64,000 nt of DNA from assembly GCA_005879795.1 (NCBI GenBank), contig VBKJ01000127.1, positions 7,427 to 71,426 on the forward strand, given 5' to 3'. This DNA is from Deltaproteobacteria bacterium (lineage in GTDB: Bacteria; Desulfobacterota; Binatia; DP-6). Both the position numbers and the translations under genes were made by a program. Of this stretch, positions 50,374-60,972 are shown piece after piece (within the stretch, counting starts at the first letter, position 1; each line of letters begins with the position of its first letter). The notes beneath the pieces are model-generated. The model was not told the origin of the DNA. It saw only the letters and a list, made by a program, of their open reading frames with translations, and ran no database searches.

Positions 50374-52839
50374 ATGCTTTTCCGGAACGAGAAACGGGAC
50401 CCGCGCGAGCCGCAGCCCCAGACGGCCGGGCTCCGCGTGCCGCTCCTGCCGCTGCGGGACATCATCGTCTTCCCGCACATGGTGGTGCCGCTCTTCGTCG
50501 GGCGCCAGAAGTCGATCCGCGCCCTCGAGGAGGCGATGAACAAGCAGAAGTTCATCCTCCTCGCGGCGCAGAAGGACGCCAAGACCAACGATCCCACCGA
50601 GGACGACATCTACCGGGTCGGCACGCTCGGCACCGTGGTGCAGCTGCTGCGCCTGCCCGACGGTACCGTCAAGGTGCTGGTCGAGGGCAAGAAGCGGGCG
50701 CGCGTCACGCGCTACCTGAGCAACGCCGAGTACTTCCTGGTCGAGGCCGAGGCCATCGAGGAGGTCTGCACCAAGTCGACCGAGGTCGAGGCCCTGATCC
50801 GCAGCGTCAATGCCACCTTCGAGAACTACGTGAAGCTCAACAAGAAGGTCCCGCCCGAGATGATCATGTCGGTCTCCTCGATCGACGATCCCGCGCGGCT
50901 CGCCGACACGATCGTCGCCCACCTCGGCATCAAGCTCGAGGACAAGCAAACGCTCCTCGAGATGACGAACCCGGCCGAGCGCCTGGAGAAGGTCCTCGGG
51001 TTCATGCGGTCCGAGATCGAGATCCTCGAGGTCGAGAAGCGCATCCGTACGCGAGTCAAGAAGCAGATGGAGAAGACCCAGAAGGAGTACTACCTCAACG
51101 AGCAGATGCGCGCGATCCAGAAGGAGCTCGGCGAGAAGGACGAGTTCAAGAACGAGATCCAGGAGCTGGAAGAGAAGATCAAGCAGAAGAAGATGTCGGC
51201 GGAGGCGCGCGAGAAGGTGGAGAAGGAGCTGAAGAAGCTCAAGATGATGTCGCCCATGTCCGCCGAGGCGACCGTCGTCCGCAACTACATCGACTGGCTC
51301 ATCTCGCTGCCGTGGCACGAGTACACGGAGGACAAGCTCGACATCAAGGACGCGGAGAAGGTCCTCGAGGACGACCACTTCGGCCTCGACAAGGTGAAGC
51401 AGCGCATCCTCGAGTACCTCGCGGTGCAGAGCCTGGTCGGTCACACCAAGGGGCCGATCCTCTGCCTGGTCGGGCCCCCCGGGGTGGGCAAGACGTCGCT
51501 CGGCAAGTCGATCGCGCGCGCCACCGGCCGGAAGTTCGTGCGCGTGTCACTGGGCGGCGTGCGCGACGAGGCCGAGGTTCGCGGCCACCGCCGCACCTAC
51601 ATCGGCGCGCTGCCGGGCAAGATCATCCAGTGCATGAAGCGCGCCGGCTCGGGCAACCCGGTCTTCCTGCTCGACGAGGTGGACAAGATGTCCACCGACT
51701 TCCGGGGGGATCCGTCGTCGGCCCTCCTCGAGGTCCTCGACCCCGAGCAGAACAGCACCTTCAACGACCACTACCTGGACGTCGACTACGATCTCTCGAA
51801 GGTCATGTTCGTCACCACCGCGAACACGCTCGAGCGCATCCCGCGCCCGCTCCAGGACCGGATGGAGATCATCCGCATCGCGGGCTACACCGAGCTCGAG
51901 AAGCTGAACATCGCCAAGCGCTACCTGATCCCGAAGCAGCAGGAGGCGAACGGCTTGAAGCCCGAGAACATCGCCCTCTCCGACTCGGCGCTCATGTCGA
52001 TCGTCCGCCACTACACGAAGGAGGCGGGGGTCCGGAACCTCGAGCGCGAGATCGCCAGCGTGTGTCGCAAGGTCGCGGTCGAGGTGGTGAAGAAGGACCG
52101 CAACGCCCGCATCCGCGTGTCGGCGAAGACCCTGTCCACCTATCTCGGTCCGCCGCGCTACCGCTTCGGGAAGGCGGAGGTCGAGCACAAGATCGGCGTG
52201 GCGACCGGGCTGGCGTGGACCGACCTGGGCGGCGAGCTGCTCGCCACCGAGGTGCAGATCATGCCCGGCAAGGGCAAGCTCCTGATCACCGGCCGCCTGG
52301 GCGAGGTGATGCAGGAGTCGGCGCAGGCGGCGATGAGCTACGTCCGCTCACGCGCCGAGGAGCTCGGGCTCGAGCGCGACTTCTACCAGAAGATCGACAT
52401 TCACATTCACATCCCGGAGGGCGCCATCCCCAAGGACGGGCCGTCGGCGGGCATCACCATGGCGACCGCCCTGGTCTCCGCGCTGACCCGCATCCCGGTA
52501 CGGCACGACCTCGCCATGACGGGCGAGGTGACGCTCCGGGGGAACGTGCTGCCCATCGGCGGCTTGAAGGAGAAGGTCCTGGCGGCGCACCGGGGCGGCA
52601 TCAAGAAGGTCCTCATCCCGGTGGAAAACGAGAAGGACGTCCGGGAGATACCGGCCGTCATCCTCAAGTCGATCGAGATCGAGCTCGTCGAGCACATGGA
52701 CCAGGTGCTGCGCAAGGCGCTCGTGCTCGCGGACCCGGAGAACTACCCGAAGAGGCCCGGGACACCGCCCGCCGAGGAGATGCCGACGACCTTCCAGGCG
52801 GCGGGATCGCCCGACGCGCCCGACATCGTCACGCATTGA
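50374..52839 (+). CDS. lon: Lon protease
   Basis: [28 protein letters not shown]. Confidence 0.98.
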   Translation: MLFRNEKRDPREPQPQTAGLRVPLLPLRDIIVFPHMVVPLFVGRQKSIRALEEAMNKQKFILLAAQKDAKTNDPTEDDIYRVGTLGTVVQLLRLPDGTVKVLVEGKKRARVTRYLSNAEYFLVEAEAIEEVCTKSTEVEALIRSVNATFENYVKLNKKVPPEMIMSVSSIDDPARLADTIVAHLGIKLEDKQTLLEMTNPAERLEKVLGFMRSEIEILEVEKRIRTRVKKQMEKTQKEYYLNEQMRAIQKELGEKDEFKNEIQELEEKIKQKKMSAEAREKVEKELKKLKMMSPMSAEATVVRNYIDWLISLPWHEYTEDKLDIKDAEKVLEDDHFGLDKVKQRILEYLAVQSLVGHTKGPILCLVGPPGVGKTSLGKSIARATGRKFVRVSLGGVRDEAEVRGHRRTYIGALPGKIIQCMKRAGSGNPVFLLDEVDKMSTDFRGDPSSALLEVLDPEQNSTFNDHYLDVDYDLSKVMFVTTANTLERIPRPLQDRMEIIRIAGYTELEKLNIAKRYLIPKQQEANGLKPENIALSDSALMSIVRHYTKEAGVRNLEREIASVCRKVAVEVVKKDRNARIRVSAKTLSTYLGPPRYRFGKAEVEHKIGVATGLAWTDLGGELLATEVQIMPGKGKLLITGRLGEVMQESAQAAMSYVRSRAEELGLERDFYQKIDIHIHIPEGAIPKDGPSAGITMATALVSALTRIPVRHDLAMTGEVTLRGNVLPIGGLKEKVLAAHRGGIKKVLIPVENEKDVREIPAVILKSIEIELVEHMDQVLRKALVLADPENYPKRPGTPPAEEMPTTFQAAGSPDAPDIVTH

Positions 52840-52864
52840 CACCGCACAGGTCGGTTGCTAAAGC
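52836..52864 (+). promoter_or_regulatory. Candidate sigma-70 promoter for the HU gene
   Basis: TTGACA, 17 bp, then TAAAGC preceded by a TGn extension; overlaps the lon stop. Confidence 0.45.
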
Positions 52865-52900
52865 GGCCGGCGCGCAAGGGCCGGACTTAGGGGAGGGGGC

Positions 52901-53173
52901 ATGACGAAGGCCGACCTGATCGACGGAATGGCGAGCAAGCTGGACCTGCCGAAAGGCCAGGCCGAGCGGGCCGTCAACATGATCTTCGACGACATCGTCG
53001 CCGCCCTCCGCAACGGCGACAAGGTGAACATCTCGGGCTTCGGCACGTTTGCCGTCTCGGCGCGCAAGGCCCGCGCCGGCCGCAACCCCAAGACGGGCGA
53101 GACCATCCAGATCGCGGCTTCCAAGTCGGCGAAGTTCAAGGCCGGCAAGACGCTCAAGGACCAGCTCAACTGA
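52901..53173 (+). CDS. hup: DNA-binding protein HU
   Basis: [25 protein letters not shown]. Confidence 0.96.
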   Translation: MTKADLIDGMASKLDLPKGQAERAVNMIFDDIVAALRNGDKVNISGFGTFAVSARKARAGRNPKTGETIQIAASKSAKFKAGKTLKDQLN

Positions 53174-53320
53174 CACGCTCGCGGGCCCGCCGGGCGGGCA
53201 CGCGCACACCGACCGCGGGCGGTCAGCCCAGCGGGGGAGCATCGGCCTCCCACCGCAGGCCGCGCGCCTCGCCGCCGACTGCGGAGCATCGGCAAGGCGC
53301 GTGAGCGCCCCGCGCCGCAA

Positions 53321-53764
53321 TCAGCGGCGCCTCGTTACCGGGATCGTCTCCATGGCAAGCGGCGCCTCGAGGTCCGCTTCCGTGAACGGCTGCCGGCGGT
53401 ACTGGAACGCCTCGTACAGCGGGAGCTGGTCGCGCAGGTGCGGCGGCTCGTGTCCCAGGTCCGCCCCGGTGAATGTCGCCGACTCGCCGGGAGGAACGAT
53501 GATCTCGCCGCGCACCGGCTGGCCGAGCTCGGTGACGAGGTTGAAGGAGCCGCGATTCTCGCGCTCCATCATGGTGGGCCCGAAGAGCGGGCTGATCGCG
53601 CCCAGGTCCCGGTAGCTCTCGAGGAGGGCCGGCATCCGCCACCGGCTCTGGGGCACGCCGTAGGCGTCCCGCACGATGGTGACGGCCTCGGGCGACGCGC
53701 TCACCGCCGCGGGGCGTCCCGCGAAGAAGGCGACCAGCGCGATCAGGAGCGCCGCTCTCGGCAC
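53321..53764 (-). pseudogene. Internally deleted penicillin acylase-family gene
   Basis: Signal peptide and VTIVRDAYGVP (acylase N-terminus) joined directly to ENRGSFN..VPPGES..PHLRDQLPLY (acylase C-terminus). Confidence 0.75.
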
Positions 53765-54016
53765 CTGGACGGGCTTGCTCGGCACGCGCGGCACGGGTTC
53801 TAACGCCGACCAGCTGAAAAGCAAAGGGGGAGCGCGAGGCAGAATCACAACCTGGCCGACGTCGAGAAGCTCCGCGAGCGCCTCGCAGCCGCGCGCACGT
53901 ACGTGCGCAACCCGGGAGCGCGCCGCAAGGTGGTGCCGCTGCCCCTGACACGCCAGCGGAGAAGCGCGCTTGCGATCGGCGACCGATGCCGGTAACTGCG
54001 CCTATCCAAGGGGTAT

Positions 54017-54088
54017 GGGCGGTTAGCTCAGCGGGAGAGCATCGGCCTTACAAGCCGGGGGTCGCCGGTTCGATCCCGGCACCGCCCA
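54017..54088 (+). tRNA. tRNA-Val(TAC)
   Basis: GGGCGGT/ACCGCCC acceptor; TCGGC-CTTACAA-GCCGG. Confidence 0.95.
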
Positions 54089-54168
54089 CTGCTGGTCCGG
54101 TCCGAGCGGTCAGGTCCGCCGCACCGGGCTGATGGTGGTGGTCGATAACGCGCGCCTGCCGGGTTTGG

Positions 54169-56331
54169 TCACCCGTCCCGGGTCCGCCGCCAGCCTCCGA
54201 CGCGGATGCTCGACACCTTGAGGGCGGCGCGACGGTGCCAGCGTGCCGCCTCGAAGCGCATGCCCGCGGCTTCCCAGTGATGCGCGATGAGCGAGGCGGA
54301 CTCGCCGAGTCGGTCGGAGCGCAGCTCCTGGAGGGCGGCGGCCACTGCGGCATGCAGCCGGGCACGCCCGTCGCCAAGCTGCGAGTGGTACGCCACCTCC
54401 TGGGTCAGCGGGTGCTTGAAGGCGTATGCGGCCTCGGGGTGGAGCGCCGTCGCGTGGATGAACTCGGCGGTGACCAGCGCCCGCAGGGCGGCCGCGAGAT
54501 CTGCCTCGGACAGCGCGGCCACATGTCGCAGGACCGGCTCGGGGAACTCCTTGCCGATCACCGCAGCCGTCTGGAGAACCTCCTTCTCGCGCTCCGCCAG
54601 ACGATCGATACGAGCCGCGAGCGCGGCCTGGACCGTGGCCGGCAGCGCGAGCGCAAACGTGGAGCCGGCGAGGCGGTACGCCCCCTTTGCGCCCACCACG
54701 GTCCCCGTCTCCGCCAATGCCTGCACGATCTCCTCGACGAAGAACGGGTTCCCGGCGGCACGCTCGCGGATGCTCCGCGCGACGTCCGCCACCGATGGGT
54801 GCGTGCCGAGCAGCTCACGGAGCATCTCCGCCATGGCCTCCGGCCCGAGCGGCAGCAACGAAAGCTGCTGGTAGTATGACCGCTGCATCCATCCGGCGTG
54901 GTACCCGGGCCTGAAGTTCACCACGAGGAGGGTGCGCGTCCCACCGACTGCCTCGACCCAGTTCTCCACGACGGCCTCGCTCGCGTCATCGATCCAGTGC
55001 AGGTCCTCGATCAGACTCACTCCCGGCTCGCGGTGACTCTGGGCGTGCACCACGCGCCGCAGGGCCGAGAAGAGCCGGCGCCGCTCCTCCTCCGCGTCGC
55101 CAGGCGGGATGGGATTCTCGGGATCGGGGACGCCAAGGAGGTCGAAGAGGAGCGGCAGGCCATCGACCAGCTCGGGGTCGAGCAGGAGGAGCCGGCCGGC
55201 GATCTTCTCGCGCGCGACCTGGGGCGGGTCCGGCCCGGCGATGCCGAAATAGCCACGCAGGTACTCCAGCACCGGGACCAACGGCACCATCATCCCGTGC
55301 GCGACGGCGTGCGCCTCGTGCACCGGGATGCCCCGCGCCCGGCAGCGCTCGGCGAACTCGTGGCAGAGTCGGCTCTTGCCGACCCCCGGCTCGGCTACGA
55401 CGCCGACGACCTGGCCGCTACCGGCGAGTGCTCGCCCGAGCGCCGCCTCGAGCATCGCCTGCTCCTCGTCGCGGCCGACGAAGCGCGAGAACCCGCGCGC
55501 GCGGGAGACGTCGAGAGGCGTTCGCAAGGGGCCGACACCCTCCAGCTCGTGGATGCGAAGCGCCGCGGGGACGCCCTTCACGGTGAATTCTCCCAGGTCC
55601 CGGAGACGGAACAGGCCCGCGACGAGGCGGGCCGTGTGCTCCGAGAGGTAGATTCGCCCGGCTTCGGCGAGCTGCTCCATGCGCGCCGCGAGCCCCACGG
55701 TCTGACCGTGAGCCGTGTAGTCCATGCGGAGGTCGTCGCCGATCTTGCCGACCACCACCTCGCCGGAGTTGAGCCCCATGCGCACGGTGAAGTTGAGGCC
55801 TCCCTTCCGACGCAGCTCGCCGGCATAGCGCCCGAGCGCCTCGGCCAGATGCAGCGCCGCGTAGCAGGCGCGGCGCGCATGATCCTCGTGGGCGAGCGGC
55901 GCGCCAAAGAGCGCCATGATCCCGTCGCCGGTGAACTGGTTCACCGTACCCTCGAATCGGTGCACCCCCTCCGCAAGGACGGTGAAGAAGCGGTCCATGA
56001 TCCGGTGCCACTCTTCCGCATCGACCTGCGCCGCCAGCTCCATCGAACCCTGCACGTCGACGAAGAGCACCGTCACCTGCTTGCGCTCGCCCTCGAGGGC
56101 GCCGCGCGAGGTGAGGATCCGCTCGGCGAGGTGCTTCGGGGTGTAGGTGCGAGGGCTACGCGCGGCGACGTCTGCATGCGCCGCGGCCGGCTTCCCGCAG
56201 GCGTCGCAGAACTTCGCGCCCGGTTGGAGCGCCCCGCCGCAGCCGGGGCAGACAATCGCGAGCCTCGCCCCGCACTCCGCGCAGAACGCAGCCTCCCGGC
56301 GGTTCAGGTGCTGGCAGCGCGGGCAGGTCAT
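54169..56331 (-). CDS. Double zinc ribbon + class III nucleotide cyclase + AAA/STAND ATPase
   Basis: Four CxxC, LFVDVQGS, GDGIMALFG, AEPGVGKS, EDLHWID, GNPFF. Confidence 0.92.
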   Translation of the reverse strand: MTCPRCQHLNRREAAFCAECGARLAIVCPGCGGALQPGAKFCDACGKPAAAHADVAARSPRTYTPKHLAERILTSRGALEGERKQVTVLFVDVQGSMELAAQVDAEEWHRIMDRFFTVLAEGVHRFEGTVNQFTGDGIMALFGAPLAHEDHARRACYAALHLAEALGRYAGELRRKGGLNFTVRMGLNSGEVVVGKIGDDLRMDYTAHGQTVGLAARMEQLAEAGRIYLSEHTARLVAGLFRLRDLGEFTVKGVPAALRIHELEGVGPLRTPLDVSRARGFSRFVGRDEEQAMLEAALGRALAGSGQVVGVVAEPGVGKSRLCHEFAERCRARGIPVHEAHAVAHGMMVPLVPVLEYLRGYFGIAGPDPPQVAREKIAGRLLLLDPELVDGLPLLFDLLGVPDPENPIPPGDAEEERRRLFSALRRVVHAQSHREPGVSLIEDLHWIDDASEAVVENWVEAVGGTRTLLVVNFRPGYHAGWMQRSYYQQLSLLPLGPEAMAEMLRELLGTHPSVADVARSIRERAAGNPFFVEEIVQALAETGTVVGAKGAYRLAGSTFALALPATVQAALAARIDRLAEREKEVLQTAAVIGKEFPEPVLRHVAALSEADLAAALRALVTAEFIHATALHPEAAYAFKHPLTQEVAYHSQLGDGRARLHAAVAAALQELRSDRLGESASLIAHHWEAAGMRFEAARWHRRAALKVSSIRVGGWRRTRDG

Positions 56332-56497
56332 CCGAGCACGTTTCGGCCGGCTCCGGTCGCTTCTAGCGCGACGACCGCGGCTGGCTCAACCTGCCGTCGC
56401 GAGACGCGGCGGCGCGACGCCACCGTGGGCGCGGCCGCCGATTGCAAGACGCCCGGCACTACGCTAGGAGCACCCGGTGCCGAGCTGCGGGATTCAC

Positions 56498-56574
56498 GGG
56501 GTCGTAGTTCAGTTGGCTAGAACGCCTGCCTGTCACGCAGGAGGTCGCGAGTTCGAGTCTCGTCGGCCCCGCCA
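56498..56574 (+). tRNA. tRNA-Asp(GTC)
   Basis: GGGGTCG/CGGCCCC, G73, CCA; CCTGC-CTGTCAC-GCAGG. Confidence 0.96.
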
Positions 56575-56640
56575 CTTGCGGCGGGACCCCGGCAGCGACG
56601 GTTGTCCGCGGGTCCCGTCGCTGCCTTGCGCCTGACGCCG

Positions 56641-57093
56641 ATGTCCCTCACCCGAACCACCAGGAGCCTCAGCACCGAGGCGGCGCGCGCCGCGCGCCGC
56701 TGGTACGTCGCCGACGCCGAGGGTAAGGTCCTCGGCCGCCTCGCTTCCCGGGTCGCGTCGATGCTGCGAGGGAAGACCAACCCGGGGTTCTCGCCGCACC
56801 TCGACGCGGGCGACTTCGTGGTCGTCGTCAACGCGGCCAAGATCCGGCTGACGGGCGAGAAGCTCGAGAAGAAGGAGTACATCCGTCACACGACCTATCC
56901 GGGCGGCGTGCGGCGGGCGCGCGCGGGCGAGGTGCTGGCCCGGCATCCGATCCGCCTCGTGCGCGACGCTGTCGTCGGCATGCTGCCGAAGAACCGCCTC
57001 GGCCGGCGCCTGGCGACCAAGCTCAAGGTCTACGCGGGTCCCGACCATCCGCACCAGGCGCAGAAGCCGGTGCCGATGCCCGAGAGCAGGTGA
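56641..57093 (+). CDS. rplM: 50S ribosomal protein L13
   Basis: [34 protein letters not shown]. Confidence 0.97.
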   Translation: MSLTRTTRSLSTEAARAARRWYVADAEGKVLGRLASRVASMLRGKTNPGFSPHLDAGDFVVVVNAAKIRLTGEKLEKKEYIRHTTYPGGVRRARAGEVLARHPIRLVRDAVVGMLPKNRLGRRLATKLKVYAGPDHPHQAQKPVPMPESR

Positions 57094-57100
57094 GAAGCCG

Positions 57101-57502
57101 ATGAGTCCCGACCGAGCCTCCGTCATCTGGGCGACCGGCAAGCGGAAGTCCTCCGTCGCCCGCATTCGCCTCCAGCCGGGGGCAGGCGAGATCGTGGTGA
57201 ACGCGCGCCCGCTCGAGGCCTACTTCGGGCGCGAGACCTCGCGCATGATCGTGCACCAGCCCTTCGAGGTCACCTCGACCGCCGGCCAGTATCGTGTCGA
57301 CGTGAGCGTCCAGGGGGGCGGCGTGTCGGCGCAGGCGGTGGCGATCCGCCACGGCATCACGCGCGCGCTGCTCGAGGCCGACCCCGCGCTGCGCGTGCCG
57401 CTCAGGAAGGCCGGCTTCGTCACGCGCGATCCGCGCGAGGTCGAGCGCAAGAAGTACGGGCGCCACAAGGCGCGCAAGCGGCCGCAGTACTCGAAGCGCT
57501 GA
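57101..57502 (+). CDS. rpsI: 30S ribosomal protein S9
   Basis: [22 protein letters not shown]. Confidence 0.98.
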   Translation: MSPDRASVIWATGKRKSSVARIRLQPGAGEIVVNARPLEAYFGRETSRMIVHQPFEVTSTAGQYRVDVSVQGGGVSAQAVAIRHGITRALLEADPALRVPLRKAGFVTRDPREVERKKYGRHKARKRPQYSKR

Positions 57503-57563
57503 GTCGCCGCCCGGCCGCGCGCGTCGTTGCGCCCGGCGCCCTCGTCGCATACTGTGCGCGGCC

Positions 57564-58616
57564 ATGGAGGCGAGCCGGGCGCCGGCGACGCGCGTGCCGG
57601 TCGCCGTGCTCGGCGCGACCGGCTACACGGGCGTGGAGCTGCTGCGCCTGCTCGCGCGGCATCCCGCCGTCGAGCTCGCCTTCCTCTCCTCGGAGCAGTA
57701 CCGCGACCGGCGCGCCGCGGACGTCTACCCCTTCCTCACCGGGATCGTGGAAACGCCGCTGCGGGCGCCCGAGCCTGCGGAGGTCGCGGCCGCCGCCGAG
57801 ATCGTGTTCACGGCGCTGCCGCACGGGGCGGCCGCGCCGGTCGTGGCGGAGCTCGTCCGGCGCGGCCGCCGCGTGATCGACCTCTCCGCCGATTTCCGCT
57901 TGCGCGACGCGGCCGTGTACACGCGCTGGTACACGCCCCACCCGGCGCCCGAGCTGCTCGCGGAGGCGGTGTACGGCCTGCCCGAGCTGTACCGGGCGCG
58001 TCTGCGCGCGGCCCGCATCGTGGCCTGTCCCGGCTGCTATCCCACCGGCGCGCTCCTCGGGCTCGTGCCGCTGGCGCGGGCCGGACTGCTGCGCGAGCCC
58101 GTCGTCATCGACGCCAAGTCCGGCACCACCGGCGCCGGACGCGGCGTGAAGGTGGACCAGCTCTTCGCCGAAGTGAACGAGAACTTCCGGCCCTACGCGA
58201 TCGGCGAGCACCGCCACGGGCCAGAGATCGACCAGGAGCTGCGCGCAGCGGGGGCCGCCCGAGGGGCCCTCTTCGTGCCCCACCTGCTGCCGCTGAGCCG
58301 CGGCCTGCTCTGCACCATGTACGTCCGCACCGGGGGCGCGCGGCCGCGGCTCGCGGAGCTCTTCCAGGGCGCGTACGACGGCGAGCCGTTCGTCGTGCTG
58401 CGCGGCGAGGACGCGCCGCCCGAGCTGCGGGACGTGCGCGGCACCAACCGCTGCGCCATCGGCTGGCGCTGGGACGGCGCCTCGGGTCAGGCGATCGTGG
58501 TGACGGCCATCGACAACCTCGGCAAGGGAGCCTCGGGCCAGGCGGTGCAGTGCCTCAACGTGATTCTCGACCTCCCCGAGACCACGGGGCTCGAGGCGCC
58601 CGCGCTGGTGCCGTGA
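57564..58616 (+). CDS. argC: N-acetyl-gamma-glutamyl-phosphate reductase
   Basis: GATGYTG, DLSADFR, PGCYPT, IDNLGKGASGQA. Confidence 0.96.
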   Translation: MEASRAPATRVPVAVLGATGYTGVELLRLLARHPAVELAFLSSEQYRDRRAADVYPFLTGIVETPLRAPEPAEVAAAAEIVFTALPHGAAAPVVAELVRRGRRVIDLSADFRLRDAAVYTRWYTPHPAPELLAEAVYGLPELYRARLRAARIVACPGCYPTGALLGLVPLARAGLLREPVVIDAKSGTTGAGRGVKVDQLFAEVNENFRPYAIGEHRHGPEIDQELRAAGAARGALFVPHLLPLSRGLLCTMYVRTGGARPRLAELFQGAYDGEPFVVLRGEDAPPELRDVRGTNRCAIGWRWDGASGQAIVVTAIDNLGKGASGQAVQCLNVILDLPETTGLEAPALVP

Positions 58617-58668
58617 GGCCTCTCGGGCCGTCCCCAACGGGTCCGGGGGTCCGTCCAGTGGGCCTCCT

Positions 58669-59766
58669 TCACTCCGTGCCGAGCAGGTAGAAGCCGCCGA
58701 CCAGCGCGAAGACGACGTTGGCGGTCCACGCCGCCAGCGCGGGGGGTAGCGAGCCGGTCTGGCCGAGCGGGCGGGTGAAGGCGACCAGGAAGAAGTAGGC
58801 GAAGCCGACGGCCAGCCCGAGGCCGACGCTCGCGGCGAAGCTGGTGACGCGTGTCCCGGCCGCCGCGAGGGGCACGGCGAGCAACATCATGATGAGGCTC
58901 GCCGCGGGGAAGGCGAGCTTCAGGTGGAGATCGACCAGGCTCTCGTGCGTGTCGACCCCCTTGCGGCGGAGGTCCTTGATCTGGCGGCGCAGCATTCCGT
59001 AGCTCAGCTCCTCCGGCTCGACCGACACGGCGCGGAAGTCCTCGAGCGTTTCGGGGATGGTGAAGCCGGGCGGCGCGGCCTGCCGCTGGCGCGTGCCGTC
59101 CGCGGTGAACTCGAGCGTGCGCGCACCGCTCAGCTGCCAGCGCGTGCCGTCCCAGGTGGCGGAGTCGGCCTCGATCAGCCGCGTGAGCCGGAAATCGGGG
59201 TCGAGCTGGTAGACGGCGAGGCCCCAGAGCGTCTTCTTGCGCGGCGACACGCGGTCGATGTTGTAGAAGCCGGCGCGCCCATGGAACCAGATCTCGCGGC
59301 CCGCGAATACGCTGGCCGGGCCGCGCCGCTTGATCTCGAGGTTCTCGATCTCGTGCCAGCGGTGGGCGCTGTACGGCACGACTATCTCGTTCCAGGTGAA
59401 GGCGCCGGCGCTGATCAGGGCCGCGAGGACGAGGAGCGGCGTCGCGATCTGCCAGGCGCTGACGCCGCAGGCCCGGAGCGCCACGAACTCGTTCTGGCGC
59501 GCCAGGAGCCCCAGGCCGACCAGGGCGCCGACCAGCACGGCGAAGGGTGTCACCTGCGTCACCACCAGCGGCAGCTTGAAGACGAAGTAGCGCACGATCG
59601 CCCCGCTGCCGACGTCGTGGCGCAGGAAGCTGTCCAGGCGGTCGAAGAACTCGGCCGTGATGTAGATCACGACGAACCCGGCCAGGCTGAGCGCGAACGG
59701 CGCCAGGAACTCGCGCACGAGATGGCGGCCCACGACGGGGAGGAGGAGGCGCCGGGCCGCGCTCAC
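58669..59766 (-). CDS. lptG: LPS export ABC permease LptG
   Basis: YjgP/Q architecture, NEFVALRACGVS; GTG start overlaps the lptF stop. Confidence 0.85.
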   Translation of the reverse strand: MSAARRLLLPVVGRHLVREFLAPFALSLAGFVVIYITAEFFDRLDSFLRHDVGSGAIVRYFVFKLPLVVTQVTPFAVLVGALVGLGLLARQNEFVALRACGVSAWQIATPLLVLAALISAGAFTWNEIVVPYSAHRWHEIENLEIKRRGPASVFAGREIWFHGRAGFYNIDRVSPRKKTLWGLAVYQLDPDFRLTRLIEADSATWDGTRWQLSGARTLEFTADGTRQRQAAPPGFTIPETLEDFRAVSVEPEELSYGMLRRQIKDLRRKGVDTHESLVDLHLKLAFPAASLIMMLLAVPLAAAGTRVTSFAASVGLGLAVGFAYFFLVAFTRPLGQTGSLPPALAAWTANVVFALVGGFYLLGTE

Positions 59767-60956
59767 GGCGCGGCCTCCGCGCCGAGGCGCCCGAGCAGCC
59801 AGTCGCGCAGGGCGGCGAGCCCGCTCTGCAAGCGTTCGAGCTGGTCCAGCGTCCGCTCGCGGGCGGCGCGCTCGAAGAGGTAGGCGCCGAGCGCCGCGAA
59901 GACCGCGTTCGGCAGCCAGAGCCCGACCGCCGCGGACACGAGCGCCTGCTCGGCCAGCGCCTGCCCGAACGAGAGGAGGACGTAGTAGGCGAAGATCATG
60001 ACCAGGCTCAGGGTGAAGCCGCGCGAGCGGGCGGCGCGGACCGGCTGCACGCCGAGCGGCACGGCGACCAGGGCGAACACGATGCACGCGAAGGGGATCG
60101 AGAACTTGCGATGGTACTCGACCAGCTCCGGGATGAACGGGAGCTCGGCCGCGCGCTTGGCGACGATCGATCGCCCGAGCTGCGCGAGCGTCAGCTCCTT
60201 GGGGTCGCGCTCGCGCTGGCGCGCGCCTTCGATCATCTGGCGCAGGTCGAGGTTGACGTCGTAGAACTGGAAGTGGGTCTGGTACTCCGTGCCCGCGCGT
60301 CCGTCGGTGGTGTGGATGAAGCCGTCGCGCAGGCGGAGCGTCACCGCCTGCGTCGCCGGGTTGGAGACCATGGCCCCCTCGCGGGCGAAGATCGTGTTGT
60401 GCTGGGTGCTGTCGCGCTCGTCGGAGATGAGCACGTGCCGGAGGCGGTCGTTGGTCGCGTCGGTGTGCTCGGTGTAGATCACCAGCCCCGGGAAGTCGTC
60501 GTTGAAGATCTGTTCCTTGATGCCCGCGCTCGCGCGCGCGCGGGCCAGGTCGAAGAGGGCCGTCTTGAGCGCGCGGTTGCCCCACGGCCGGGCCCAGAGC
60601 GAAAGCGCGGCGGTCGCCGCGGTGGCGAGGAGCGCGAAGATGGCGACCGGTGCGATCAGCTGATAGAGGCTCAACCCCGAGCTGCGCAGCGCCACCATCT
60701 CGGAATCCGCGGAGAGACGGCCGAAGGCGACCAGGATGGCGAGCAGCATCGCCATCGGCACGGTGACCTCGAGGAAGGCCGGCATGATGTAGCTGAGCAG
60801 CTTCAAGATGTTCAGGACCGGGACCCCGCGGGTCACGACCAGCTCGATCAGCTTGAGCAGGCGGGCGATCAGCAGGGTGAAGGTGAACAGCGAGAGGCCG
60901 AAGAGGAATGGCACCAGGATCTCGCGGAAGACGTAGCGGTGGACGATCTTTCCCAC
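59763..60956 (-). CDS. lptF: LPS export ABC permease LptF
   Basis: RYVFREI, GRLSADSEMVALRSSG, HRKFSIPFAC. Confidence 0.88.
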   Translation of the reverse strand: MGKIVHRYVFREILVPFLFGLSLFTFTLLIARLLKLIELVVTRGVPVLNILKLLSYIMPAFLEVTVPMAMLLAILVAFGRLSADSEMVALRSSGLSLYQLIAPVAIFALLATAATAALSLWARPWGNRALKTALFDLARARASAGIKEQIFNDDFPGLVIYTEHTDATNDRLRHVLISDERDSTQHNTIFAREGAMVSNPATQAVTLRLRDGFIHTTDGRAGTEYQTHFQFYDVNLDLRQMIEGARQRERDPKELTLAQLGRSIVAKRAAELPFIPELVEYHRKFSIPFACIVFALVAVPLGVQPVRAARSRGFTLSLVMIFAYYVLLSFGQALAEQALVSAAVGLWLPNAVFAALGAYLFERAARERTLDQLERLQSGLAALRDWLLGRLGAEAAP

Positions 60957-60972
60957 AACCGCCGTGTAGCCG

